A stretch of DNA of 60,679 nt, from positions 1 through 60,679 of the forward strand of contig JAXDGC010000237.1 of the NCBI GenBank assembly GCA_034665245.1, read 5' to 3'. The notes beneath the pieces were generated by a model. It saw only the letters and a program-made list of their open reading frames with translations. It was not told the origin of the DNA and ran no database searches. Shown piece by piece: positions 12,035-20,984 of the stretch. Position numbers and translations under genes: made by a program. Origin of the DNA: Solirubrobacteraceae bacterium (GTDB lineage: Bacteria > Actinomycetota > Thermoleophilia > Solirubrobacterales > Solirubrobacteraceae). How positions within the stretch are numbered: position 1 is the first letter of the stretch; each line of letters starts with the position of its first letter.

Positions 12035-15000
12035 GTGCGCCAGATGACCTCCCGGCTCCGCGTCGCGCTGGCCGTACTGACCGTTTCCACGGCCGCGGCT
12101 GTGCTGGGCGCGGCGGCGCCGGCGATGGCGGCGGTCTCGTGCCCCAACTCCAACCCCGTCGTCAACGAGAACAACTGCATGGGCGCGGGGTCGCAGGGCT
12201 GGAGGATCGGCAATTACAGCGAGGACATCGCCGGCTACACGACGAAGACGAGCTTCGCCAAGGGTGAGAACGTCCAGCTGAAGATCGCGCGCAACGCCCC
12301 GATCCTGCCGCAGACGCACGTCGACATCAGCGTCTATCGCACCGGCTACTACGGCGGCGAGGGCGCGCGCCTGATCCCGGGCGCCGGCGCGACCAACGTG
12401 GCGGTCAACAACAACTTCACGTGCAACCCGGCGAACGCCACGACGGGCGAGCTCAGCTGCGCGAATTGGGGCGTGACCTTCACGATCCCCGGGTCCGCGC
12501 TGCCGGCCTCGGGCGTCTACGTGGCGAAGCTGCGCACGACGGACACGAACGTGGAGAACCGCGTGGTGTTCGTGGTCCGCGACGACGGTCGCGTTCCCGA
12601 GGCGCGCGTGCTGCTCGTGCTGCCCACGACGACCTATCTCGCCTACAACACGTGGGGCGGCAAGTCGCTGTACTTCGACAAGAACGGCGGGGCGAACACG
12701 GTCTCCGGCACCCCGCGCGCCGTGAAGGTGTCCTTCGACCGGCCGCTCGACGGCAACGAGTCCGACCGCGACCGCTACTTCGGGCCCGATTTCCAGACCG
12801 TCCAGTGGCTCGAGCAGCAGGGCTACGACGTCGCCTACACCGACGACGTCCGCGCGCACGTCGATCCCGCCGAGCTGCTCGAGCACAAGGTGCTCGTGAT
12901 CCCGGGCCACTCCGAGTACTGGTCGAGGGAGGAGTTCCTCAACTTCAAGGCCGCGCGCGACGCCGGCGTGAACATCGCGTCCTTCAGCGCCAACACGTCC
13001 TATTGGAAGGTCCGCTACGAGAATGCGACGCGCTCGATCGTCTGCTTCAAGACCGTCCAGGGCGACGGCTCGTCGGGCAGCGGGCGCGTGACCCCGAACG
13101 ACTGGGGGCCGGACGGCGTGGACGGGACCGCCGACGACGCGCTGGGCGCCGACGGGCGCGCGGGGACCGCCGACGACCACCCGGAGAACTCCACCACGAC
13201 CTTCCGCGACAACGGCGCCCTGCCCGGCGACATCAACGCGCCACCTGCCGGCCGGGTCGGGCCCGACATGCCCGAGAACCAGCTGTTCGGGGTCATGTAC
13301 GTGGGTGACAACGACAACGTGAACCATCCGTTGACGGTGCCCGCCGGCAACGCCAACGGCGAGTACGCCGCCGACTCCACGTGGCGCCGGACGGGCCTGC
13401 CGACCAACACCCAGACCTCGATCGGCACGGGCATCGTGGGCTGGGAGTGGGACGCCGTGCCGACGCAGGCGCAGTACCTCTCGCGTCAGCCCGCCGGCGT
13501 GAAGCGACTGAGCGCCTCGGACACGACGTCGGACGACCCGAGCTGGATCCAGGACGAGGGCCGGTTGCGCTCGACCGTGCCGCCCCTGGGGCAGCCCGGC
13601 ACAGTCAACGCCGTCAGGTACACCGCCGCCAGCGGCGCCCGCGTGTTCGCGGGCGGCACGAACCAGTGGGGCTGGGGCCTCTCCTACGACCCCGATCCCC
13701 GGATCCAGCAGGCGACATACAACATCTTCGCCGACATGGGCGTCCAGCCGGTGACGCCGGACGGGATCAGCCTCGATCCGACGGGCGGCAATCAGTCGCC
13801 GACTGCGGCGTTCTCCGTGAGCCCGACACCGGTGCGACCGAACCAGCCCGCGACCTTCAACGCCTCCGCGTCCTCGGATCCCAACGGGACGATCGCCAAG
13901 TACGAATGGGACTTCGACGGCGACGGCACCTACGAGGTCGACGCAGGGACCTCCGCCACCATCACCCACACCTACACGACCGAGGACACCTTCACGGTCC
14001 GCCTGCGCGTCACGGACAACAACGGCGCGACCGACCTCACCGCCCGCTCGGTCGAGGTGATCGCGAACTACGCCCCGACCGCCGCCCTGACCGCGATGCC
14101 GAACCCCGTCGTGATCGGCCAGACGGTGACGTTCAACGGCTCGGGCTCGAGCGACCAGGACGGGACGATCGCAAAGTACGAGTGGGACCTCGACGCCAAC
14201 GGCAGCTTCGAGCGCGACACCGGCGGCAGCGCGACCGTCACCACGACCTACGCGACCGCGGCGACCCGCCACGTGGTCCTGCGCGTCACCGACAATGGCG
14301 GCAAGACGGGGACGGCCACGCTGCCCGTCACCGTGAACTCCGGCGGTGTCTCCAACTACGGCGACGGCGTGCTCGACACCCCCGGCCTGACGCACTACTG
14401 GCGCCTCGGGGAGAGCTCCGGCTCCGTGTTCGCCGACTCCAAGGGCACGGCCCACGCGACCGCGGGCGGCGGCTTCACGCTCGGCGTCCCGGGCGGCGTG
14501 GCGTTCGATCCCAACCGCGCCGCGCGCTTCGACGGCACCTCGGGCTTCGCGCGCAGCGACTTCTCGCTCGCGGGCACGGACAAGCTGACGATCGAGTTCT
14601 GGGCGAACTGGCGCGGCTTCAACGACGACGACTCGCTCGCCTTCGAGTACACGAACAACTTCAACCAGAACGCCGGCGGGTTCCTGATCGATCCCGACGC
14701 GCCGCAGCAGGGCGGGAAGTTCGGCGTCGCACTCGGCAGCGGGACCACTCGCAACAACGCGTTCTTCGCCCGTCCGGCGCCGGGCACCTGGCACCACTAC
14801 GCGATCATCTTCGACACCTCGGCGCCGGCGGCCCAGCAGATCACGCCCTACATGGACGGCGCACCGGTGCCCTTCACCAAGACCGAGAGCGGTACGGGCG
14901 CCGGCAACTTCGCCGACGCGAGCCTGTACTTCATGTCGCGCGCCGGGATCGGCCTGTTCGGCGACGGCGATCTCGATGAGGTGGCGGTCTACGACCGGCC

Positions 15001-17539
15001 GCTCAGCGCCGCGACGATCTCCGACCACTACTCGAGCTACGGCACCAACCGCCGCCCGGTGGCCGACTTCGCCATCAACCCGAACCCCGTGAAGGCCAAC
15101 CGGGTCGTCACCTTCGACGGCTCACCGTCCACGGACCCCGACGGCACGCTGCATCGCTACGAGTGGGACCTCGACGGCAACGGCACCTACGAGACCGACG
15201 GCGGCAGCAACCCCATCGTCCAGCGCACCTTTGCGACCGAGCAGAACATCGACATCAAACTGAGGGTCACCGACGACATGTTCGGCACGGACACGCAGAC
15301 GAAGACGCTCAAGATCGGCAACCAGGCGCCGGATGCCGCCTTCACCGCGACGCCGAACCCGGGCGTCTCCGGCCAGCTCGTGCACTTCGACGCATCGGCG
15401 ACCCAGGACGTCGACGGCTTCGTGGACCGCTACGAGTGGGACCTCGACGGCAACGGGACGTTCGAGACCAACACCGGCACCACCAAGACGACATCCCAGC
15501 GCTACACCCAGTCGGGCACGGTCAACGTCGGGCTCCGCGCGACCGACGACGAGGGCAAGGCGTCCACGGTCGTCGTGCCGGTCACGATCAACGACGGCGG
15601 CATCAGCAACTACGGCGACTCCGTGCTCGACACCAGCGGCCTCGTGGGCTACTGGCGCATGGGCGAGGCCGCCGGCCCGACCTTCGCCGACTCGAAGGGC
15701 GCGAACCACGCGACCGCGTTCGGCGGCACGACCTTCGGCGTCACCGGCGCCGTCGCCGGCGACCCCGACAAGGCCGGGCGCTTCGACGGCATCGACGACT
15801 ACGCGAAGGCGAACGTCGACCTCTCCGGCACCTCCGCGGCGACCGTGGAGTTCTGGCTGAAGTGGACGCGGCACCGTGACGAGGACGCGCTGGCGATGGA
15901 GTTCACGCCGAACTTCAACGGCAATACGGGCGGCTTCCTCGTCGATCCCGACTCGGCCCAGTTCGGCGGGACCTTCGGCGTCGGCCTCGGTCAGTCCGAC
16001 AGCCGCAACAACGCGTTCTTCGCCCGGCCCAGCGTAGGCCAGTGGCACCACTACGCGCTCGTGCTCGACGCGACCAAGCCCGCCGCGACGCAGATCACCC
16101 CGTACGTGGACGGCCGCGCCGTCAGCTACCAGAAGCTCGACAGCGGCACCGGCGCCGGCCACTTCGCCAACTCCGTCCTGAACTTCATGTCACGCAACGG
16201 CACCGGCCTCTTCGGCCAGGGCGACCTCGACGAAGTGGCGGTCTTCGACCGCGCGCTGAGTGCCGGCACGATCGCCGATCACTACGCGAGCTCGGGCACC
16301 AACCGCCGCCCGCACGCCGCCTTCTCGATCTCGCCGAACCCGGCCAAGCCCGGCCAGACGGTCACCTTCGACGCGACCGCGTCAAGCGACCCGGACGGGA
16401 CCATCCAGAACTACGAGTGGGACCTCGACGGCGATGGGACCTACGAGCGCGAGGGCGCCTCCGCCGTCGTGACTCGCAGCTACGCCTCCGAGACCTCGCC
16501 GACCGTGAAGCTGCGGGTCACCGACGACCGCACCGGCACGGACACCGAGACCCATGCGCTCGAGGTCGCCAACAAGGCGCCCGTCGCCAGCTTCACCGCC
16601 GCGCCGAACCCGGCGCTGGTGGGTGACAACGTCGCCTTCAACGCGTCGGCGTCGTCCGATCCCGACGGAACCGTGACACGCTACGAGTGGGACCTCGACG
16701 GCAACGGGACCTACGAGACGGACGGCGGCACGAGCGCCACGACGTCGCATGCCTACAGCGTCGCGGCGTCGGTGCCGATCGGCCTCCGGGTCACCGACAA
16801 CGAGGGCCGGACGGGCACGACGACCGTATCCGTGCGGGTGCGCGCCGGCTCGTACCCGGCCGCGGTGCTCGGCACCACCGGCCTCGTCTCCTACTGGCGC
16901 CTCGGCGAGACCACCGGCACCCAGCTTGCTGACAGCAAGGGCAACAATCCCGCGACGCTGACGGGCGGTGCGACGCTCGGCGCGACCGGCGGGGTGGCGG
17001 ACGATCCGGACACGTCGGTCAGCTTCGACGGCTTCAACGACGCCGCCAGCGCCACCGTGAACCTCTCGGGCTCGAGCGCCGTGACGGTCGAGTTCTGGCT
17101 CAAGTGGGACGGCTTCGTCGACAACGACCAGCTCGCCATGGAGCTGACGGACAACTTCAACCAGAACGCCGGCGGGTTCCTCGTCGACCCCAACGCCTCC
17201 AACGGGGAGTTCGGCGTGGCCATCGGCAACGACGACGCCCGCAACAACGCCTACTTCACGCGTCCCAGCGCGGCGCAGTGGCACCACTACGCGTTCGTCC
17301 TCGACAGCACCGCGCCGGCCGCCACACAGGTCGTGCCGTACGTCGACGGCGTGGCGGTGCCCTACATCAAGGGCGCGACCGGCACGGGCGCCGGGCATTT
17401 CGCCAACGCGGCTCTGCACTTCATGTCGCGGTCGGGCCAGGCCCTGTTCGGCGGCGGCGACCTCGACGAGGTGGCCGTCTATGACCGCGCCCTGAGCGCG
17501 GCCACCATCGCCGCGCACCGCGCCGCCGGCGCACCCTGA
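12035..17539 (+). CDS. 1834-aa secreted protein: N,N-dimethylformamidase-beta-subunit-like (DUF6605-type) domain followed by three [PKD-PKD-LamG] modules
   Basis: - Signal peptide MRQMTSRLRVALAVLTVSTAAAVLGAAAPAMA (ATG alternative at 12044).
- N-terminal domain motifs: VYRTGYYGGEGARL, LVLPTTTYLAYNTWGGKSLY, EYWSREEFLNFKAARDAGVNIASFSANTSYWKVRYE.
- Six PKD signatures (YEWDLDGDGTYE...LRVTD..G).
- Three LamG/Laminin_G_3-like blocks (YWRLGE...FDG...EFW.KW...WHHYA...GDLDEVAVYDRALSA). Confidence 0.9.
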   Translation: MRQMTSRLRVALAVLTVSTAAAVLGAAAPAMAAVSCPNSNPVVNENNCMGAGSQGWRIGNYSEDIAGYTTKTSFAKGENVQLKIARNAPILPQTHVDISVYRTGYYGGEGARLIPGAGATNVAVNNNFTCNPANATTGELSCANWGVTFTIPGSALPASGVYVAKLRTTDTNVENRVVFVVRDDGRVPEARVLLVLPTTTYLAYNTWGGKSLYFDKNGGANTVSGTPRAVKVSFDRPLDGNESDRDRYFGPDFQTVQWLEQQGYDVAYTDDVRAHVDPAELLEHKVLVIPGHSEYWSREEFLNFKAARDAGVNIASFSANTSYWKVRYENATRSIVCFKTVQGDGSSGSGRVTPNDWGPDGVDGTADDALGADGRAGTADDHPENSTTTFRDNGALPGDINAPPAGRVGPDMPENQLFGVMYVGDNDNVNHPLTVPAGNANGEYAADSTWRRTGLPTNTQTSIGTGIVGWEWDAVPTQAQYLSRQPAGVKRLSASDTTSDDPSWIQDEGRLRSTVPPLGQPGTVNAVRYTAASGARVFAGGTNQWGWGLSYDPDPRIQQATYNIFADMGVQPVTPDGISLDPTGGNQSPTAAFSVSPTPVRPNQPATFNASASSDPNGTIAKYEWDFDGDGTYEVDAGTSATITHTYTTEDTFTVRLRVTDNNGATDLTARSVEVIANYAPTAALTAMPNPVVIGQTVTFNGSGSSDQDGTIAKYEWDLDANGSFERDTGGSATVTTTYATAATRHVVLRVTDNGGKTGTATLPVTVNSGGVSNYGDGVLDTPGLTHYWRLGESSGSVFADSKGTAHATAGGGFTLGVPGGVAFDPNRAARFDGTSGFARSDFSLAGTDKLTIEFWANWRGFNDDDSLAFEYTNNFNQNAGGFLIDPDAPQQGGKFGVALGSGTTRNNAFFARPAPGTWHHYAIIFDTSAPAAQQITPYMDGAPVPFTKTESGTGAGNFADASLYFMSRAGIGLFGDGDLDEVAVYDRPLSAATISDHYSSYGTNRRPVADFAINPNPVKANRVVTFDGSPSTDPDGTLHRYEWDLDGNGTYETDGGSNPIVQRTFATEQNIDIKLRVTDDMFGTDTQTKTLKIGNQAPDAAFTATPNPGVSGQLVHFDASATQDVDGFVDRYEWDLDGNGTFETNTGTTKTTSQRYTQSGTVNVGLRATDDEGKASTVVVPVTINDGGISNYGDSVLDTSGLVGYWRMGEAAGPTFADSKGANHATAFGGTTFGVTGAVAGDPDKAGRFDGIDDYAKANVDLSGTSAATVEFWLKWTRHRDEDALAMEFTPNFNGNTGGFLVDPDSAQFGGTFGVGLGQSDSRNNAFFARPSVGQWHHYALVLDATKPAATQITPYVDGRAVSYQKLDSGTGAGHFANSVLNFMSRNGTGLFGQGDLDEVAVFDRALSAGTIADHYASSGTNRRPHAAFSISPNPAKPGQTVTFDATASSDPDGTIQNYEWDLDGDGTYEREGASAVVTRSYASETSPTVKLRVTDDRTGTDTETHALEVANKAPVASFTAAPNPALVGDNVAFNASASSDPDGTVTRYEWDLDGNGTYETDGGTSATTSHAYSVAASVPIGLRVTDNEGRTGTTTVSVRVRAGSYPAAVLGTTGLVSYWRLGETTGTQLADSKGNNPATLTGGATLGATGGVADDPDTSVSFDGFNDAASATVNLSGSSAVTVEFWLKWDGFVDNDQLAMELTDNFNQNAGGFLVDPNASNGEFGVAIGNDDARNNAYFTRPSAAQWHHYAFVLDSTAPAATQVVPYVDGVAVPYIKGATGTGAGHFANAALHFMSRSGQALFGGGDLDEVAVYDRALSAATIAAHRAAGAP
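13790..17536 (+). repeat. three tandem ~1.25-kb coding modules (13790-15049, 15050-16303, 16304-17536), each PKD-PKD-LamG
   Basis: Each module restarts after a TNRRP junction (15047-15058, 16301-16312). The modules are collinear at protein level, with identity of very roughly half or more. Confidence 0.85.
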
Positions 17540-17583
17540 ATCAGCAGCGCGAGAACCGCCGCGCCCGCGGCGTATGTGCCCTG

Positions 17584-19134
17584 ATGAGCCCACCACCCTC
17601 CAGCGCATCCGCTGCCACCATCTCGCCGCCGGCCCTCGTCGGCCCCAAGCCGGGCGAGGCCCGCGCGGGCCTGGCCATGTCAGTTGCCACCTTCGCGATG
17701 GCGGCCGCCTCCGCCATCCAGGCGGTGCTGTACCTCAGCTCGTTCGGCACCAGCGGCCGCACGGACGGCTTCTTCGTCGCGTTCGCCCTCTACACGACGA
17801 TCGGCGTCTTCAGCCAGAGCCTGCGGCTTACCTCGGTGCCGTTGATCGTCGAGCCGGGCGCGCGCCTGAGCCTGCGCGAGTACGCCGCGGCGCTCGGCCT
17901 CATCGGCATCCCGCTGCTGATCGCCGCCGGGCTCTTCGCGGGCCCGCTCGCGAGCGTGCTGGCACCGGGCCTCGACGCCGCCGGCCGTGACGTCACGGCG
18001 TCGGCGCTGCCGGTGCTGGGCGCCGCGACCGTGCTCCAGCTGTGGGCCGCGGGAGCCGCGACCGTGCTCGCCGTCCGTGGCCGGTTCAACGCGATCGCCG
18101 GCAGCTACATCGCGGGCGCGACCGCCGGGCTCGTCGCCTACCTCGCGCTCAGCGACGCCGCGGGCGAGCTGGTCCTGGGCTGGTCGATGCTGGCCATGGC
18201 CGTGGTGACCTGCGGCTGGATGCTCGCGGCCACGCGCGTGTCGGGCGGCCTCGGCCCGGCACGGGGCGACCTGCGGCTGTCCGCTCTGCTGACCAAGACG
18301 GGTGTGATCCTCGGCCGTACGGCCATCTACCTCGCCTTCAACGTCCTCTTCGTGATCACGCTCTCCTACGCCAGCCACGCGGCCGTGGGCGACGCCACCG
18401 TGCTGTCCTACGCGTACCTGTTCGCCAGCTACCTCGTGGCGGGCACCGGGATGGCGCTGGGGATGTCGCGGATCCCGGAGATGACCCGCGGCGCCCGCGC
18501 CGAGCGGCGCGCGGTCGTGCGCGAGACCGTCCCGCAGGGCTTCCGCTACGCGATGCTCCTGGTCGCCCCGGCGCTCGCCGGCCTGATCACCGCGGGCGCC
18601 CCGCTGATCCACGAGCTGTTCCCATCGAGCCTGAACGCCGCGGGCGTCACGTCGCTGCGCGAGTTCGCGGCCCTGCTCGCCGCCTGGACGCTGGCCGCGC
18701 TGCTGGTCAACTTCCTGCTGCCCGCGATGTTCGCGCTGGGACGCGCGCGCCTGGTGAACACGCTCGCGGCGCCGCTCCTGGTCCTGCACGTCGCCGCCAC
18801 GGCGGCGGGCAGCAAGCTGCTGGGCGTCGAGGGTGCCGTCGCGGCCTTCTTCGTCGCGCCCGCCTGCTTCGGGGCGTTGCTCCTCGCCATGGGCGGGGAT
18901 GGCGCGGGCCGCGCGCTGGCCCGCGAGATGGGCGGCGACGCGCTCCGCTTCGTCGCCCTCGCCGCGGCCGCGTTCGGCATCGGCGAGCTGGTCGGCACGG
19001 CCGTCGCGAGCGGCCTCGCCGCCGCCGTGCTCACCGGGGTGATCGGCTCGGCGCTGTACGGCGCCGGTCTCGTGCTCGTGGCCCGCCGCCAGGTGCTCGT
19101 GCTGGTTCGCACGCTGCGCCCGGTCAAGGCGTGA
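17584..19134 (+). CDS. MurJ/MviN-like MOP-superfamily flippase
   Basis: Polytopic membrane protein. N-terminal DGFFVAFALYTTIGVFSQSLRLTSVPLIV resembles the MurJ DAFFVAFRxPNxLRRLFAEGA...VP motif. ATG 17677 is an alternative start. Confidence 0.7.
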   Translation: MSPPPSSASAATISPPALVGPKPGEARAGLAMSVATFAMAAASAIQAVLYLSSFGTSGRTDGFFVAFALYTTIGVFSQSLRLTSVPLIVEPGARLSLREYAAALGLIGIPLLIAAGLFAGPLASVLAPGLDAAGRDVTASALPVLGAATVLQLWAAGAATVLAVRGRFNAIAGSYIAGATAGLVAYLALSDAAGELVLGWSMLAMAVVTCGWMLAATRVSGGLGPARGDLRLSALLTKTGVILGRTAIYLAFNVLFVITLSYASHAAVGDATVLSYAYLFASYLVAGTGMALGMSRIPEMTRGARAERRAVVRETVPQGFRYAMLLVAPALAGLITAGAPLIHELFPSSLNAAGVTSLREFAALLAAWTLAALLVNFLLPAMFALGRARLVNTLAAPLLVLHVAATAAGSKLLGVEGAVAAFFVAPACFGALLLAMGGDGAGRALAREMGGDALRFVALAAAAFGIGELVGTAVASGLAAAVLTGVIGSALYGAGLVLVARRQVLVLVRTLRPVKA

Positions 19135-20984
19135 CGGCCACCCTCCGCCCGCGGGAGCCGGCTGCGGCGCCCGCCCGGCCGGCGCCGCCGAGCGCGCCGG
19201 CGGCCCGCACCGGGCCCGGCGACGGCGTCGTCGTCGCGTGCCTGCTCGCGGCCTTGACCCTCGTCGCGGTGCTCACGTGGCAGAAGTGGGGCAGCCCGGA
19301 GATCGACGCGGGCGCGGAGCTGTCCACGGCCGATCTCGTGTCGCACGGCGCGATCCCGTATGAGGACGTGCGCTACTTCTACGGGCCGCTCGGGCTCTAC
19401 GGGCTGGCGCTGATCTTCAAGATCCTCGGCACGAGCTACGCGGCCGCGTTCGCGTTCGGCCTGGCGCAGACGGTCGCGATCCTCGCCGTCTTCTACGTCC
19501 TGGCGCGTCAGTGGCTGCGGCCGCTCGCGGCCGGGGCGGCGACCGCCGTCATGATCGCGGTGGCCTTCTCAGGGACCGCGTTCGACTTCGTCCTGCCCCA
19601 TACCAACTCCGCGACGATGGGGATCCTCTTCCTGCTCGTCACGCTGCTGGCGCTCAAGCGCGGGTGGATCGTCGGCGCCGGGCTTGCAGCCGGTCTCGTC
19701 GGGCTCACGCGGCCGGAGTTCGCCGCCATCGAGGCGGGCATGCTCGCCGCGTATCTCGTGGGCGCCGTGCGCGAGGCGGGCTGGCGCCCCGCACTGCGCG
19801 ACGCCGGCCGGCTGGCGCTTCCGGCGGTGCTCGTGGCGGGCGGCGTCCTGGCCGTCTTCGCCGCGCTGGCGGGGACTTCGAACCTCTTCACGGAGAACCT
19901 CTGGCCGGTCGACTTCATGCGCGTGGCGGGCTTCCGCAGCCAGGCGTACTGGATGCCGTTCGACCTTCCGAGCGCCGTCGCGCTCGCCGCACGCGGGCTG
20001 CTCTACGGCGCCGGACTGGCGGCGATCGTGGGCGCCGCGGTCGTCTGGCGCGCACGCACCGGCGCGGCCCGGCTGCAGGCGCTGCTCCCGCCCGCCGCCG
20101 CGCTTGTGGGCGTGGCACTGCTGGACCTGCTCGCTCGCAAGGCCGGCGCCGTGCCCGCGACGCGGGTGGCGATCGAGACAGAGGTCAAGCATCTGCTGAT
20201 CGGGCTGAGCGCGCTCCCGGCCGTCATCTTCGCCGTCGGCGCGTGGACACTGGTGCGGTTCCGGCGCCGCGAGCGGTCGCCCCTGGGTGGCGGCTGGGCG
20301 GTCGACCTCGCACTGATCGCCGCCGCGTCCGCGTTCGCACTGCGCGCGTACAACGCGTTCACGCCGGAGGGCTCCTACGCGCCCTACTACGCCGCGCCGT
20401 TGGTGCTCGTGGCCGCGATCCTGCACGATCGCGTCGGCGATCGCTGGCCGGCGGCCCGCGTTCCCGCACTCGCTGCCCTGGGCGCCGTTGCCGTGGGGCT
20501 GCTCGCCTACTCGATCCACGGGATCTACGGCGACGAGAGCGCGACGGTCCGGACCCCGCGCGGCGCGTTCGTCACGCAGCCCGCCGCGGCGGCCCCCCTG
20601 TCCGCGGTGGTCCGCAGGGTGGACCGCGACACCGCTCCCGGCGACCGGCTGCTCGCGGCGCCCTCCGAGGGCGGCCTGTACTTCATGACCGATCGCCGTC
20701 CTGCGCTCAATGAGCTGATGCTGTTGCCGGGATTGCTCGACACGCGCGCCGACGAGGTCGCCGCCGTAGCGCGACTGCGCGCCGAGGGCGTGCGCGAGGT
20801 GGTCATCGCCGCCCGCGACTACGGCGCCTACGGGAGCGCCAGGTTCGGAGTGGACTTCAACCGGACGCTCGGCGGCTACCTCACCGGCGCCACGCGCAAG
20901 CGGATGACGTTCGGCTCGCTGACCGACCCGGCCGGTGGCACGTACCCGTCCCGCGGGTTCACCGTGCTGCGTCTGTCTGGTTGA
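19131..20984 (+). CDS. polytopic GT-C-fold glycosyltransferase (ArnT/PMT/GT39-like)
   Basis: GTG 19131 overlaps the MurJ-like stop (GTGA). After a Pro/Ala-rich N-terminus there are more than 10 TM segments, with an acidic first loop (PEIDAGAELSTADLVSHGAIPYEDVRYFYGPLG) and a soluble C-terminal domain. The N-terminal part of ORF 18042-20984 is trimmed. Confidence 0.65.
   Translation: MTATLRPREPAAAPARPAPPSAPAARTGPGDGVVVACLLAALTLVAVLTWQKWGSPEIDAGAELSTADLVSHGAIPYEDVRYFYGPLGLYGLALIFKILGTSYAAAFAFGLAQTVAILAVFYVLARQWLRPLAAGAATAVMIAVAFSGTAFDFVLPHTNSATMGILFLLVTLLALKRGWIVGAGLAAGLVGLTRPEFAAIEAGMLAAYLVGAVREAGWRPALRDAGRLALPAVLVAGGVLAVFAALAGTSNLFTENLWPVDFMRVAGFRSQAYWMPFDLPSAVALAARGLLYGAGLAAIVGAAVVWRARTGAARLQALLPPAAALVGVALLDLLARKAGAVPATRVAIETEVKHLLIGLSALPAVIFAVGAWTLVRFRRRERSPLGGGWAVDLALIAAASAFALRAYNAFTPEGSYAPYYAAPLVLVAAILHDRVGDRWPAARVPALAALGAVAVGLLAYSIHGIYGDESATVRTPRGAFVTQPAAAAPLSAVVRRVDRDTAPGDRLLAAPSEGGLYFMTDRRPALNELMLLPGLLDTRADEVAAVARLRAEGVREVVIAARDYGAYGSARFGVDFNRTLGGYLTGATRKRMTFGSLTDPAGGTYPSRGFTVLRLSG

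Noticed and set aside
11795-15028. 1077-aa ORF on the minus strand antisense to the giant exoprotein gene. Similar long antisense or shadow ORFs occur at 699-1952, 1883-3175, 2964-4700, 4911-6638, 16382-17608, 20876-23629, 26412-28073 and 36546-37874.
   Set aside because: Their translations are Arg/Gly/Ala/Asp-rich low-complexity strings with no recognisable motifs. In every case the opposite-strand frame carries clear domain signatures and the expected GC3 bias. These are typical stop-codon-poor shadow frames of very GC-rich DNA.
17557-17572. The palindrome cgccgcgcccgcggcg just after the giant gene stop was considered as a terminator.
   Set aside because: Its loop is only 2-4 nt with an effective 5-6 bp stem and no U-tract. 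The next gene starts 45 nt after the stop on the same strand, so the two genes are more likely co-transcribed.
18042-19130. Long N-terminal extensions of several track ORFs: 18042-20984, 25647-28127, 53122-55515, 9145-10932, 7498-8727, 22372-24090, 28129-30447, 41893-43326, 49317-51002 and 55214-57106.
   Set aside because: The extensions overlap the preceding well-supported gene in another frame and are low-complexity. The recognisable protein family starts at an internal ATG/GTG/TTG, which often forms a 4-nt overlap with the upstream stop or has a Shine-Dalgarno sequence.
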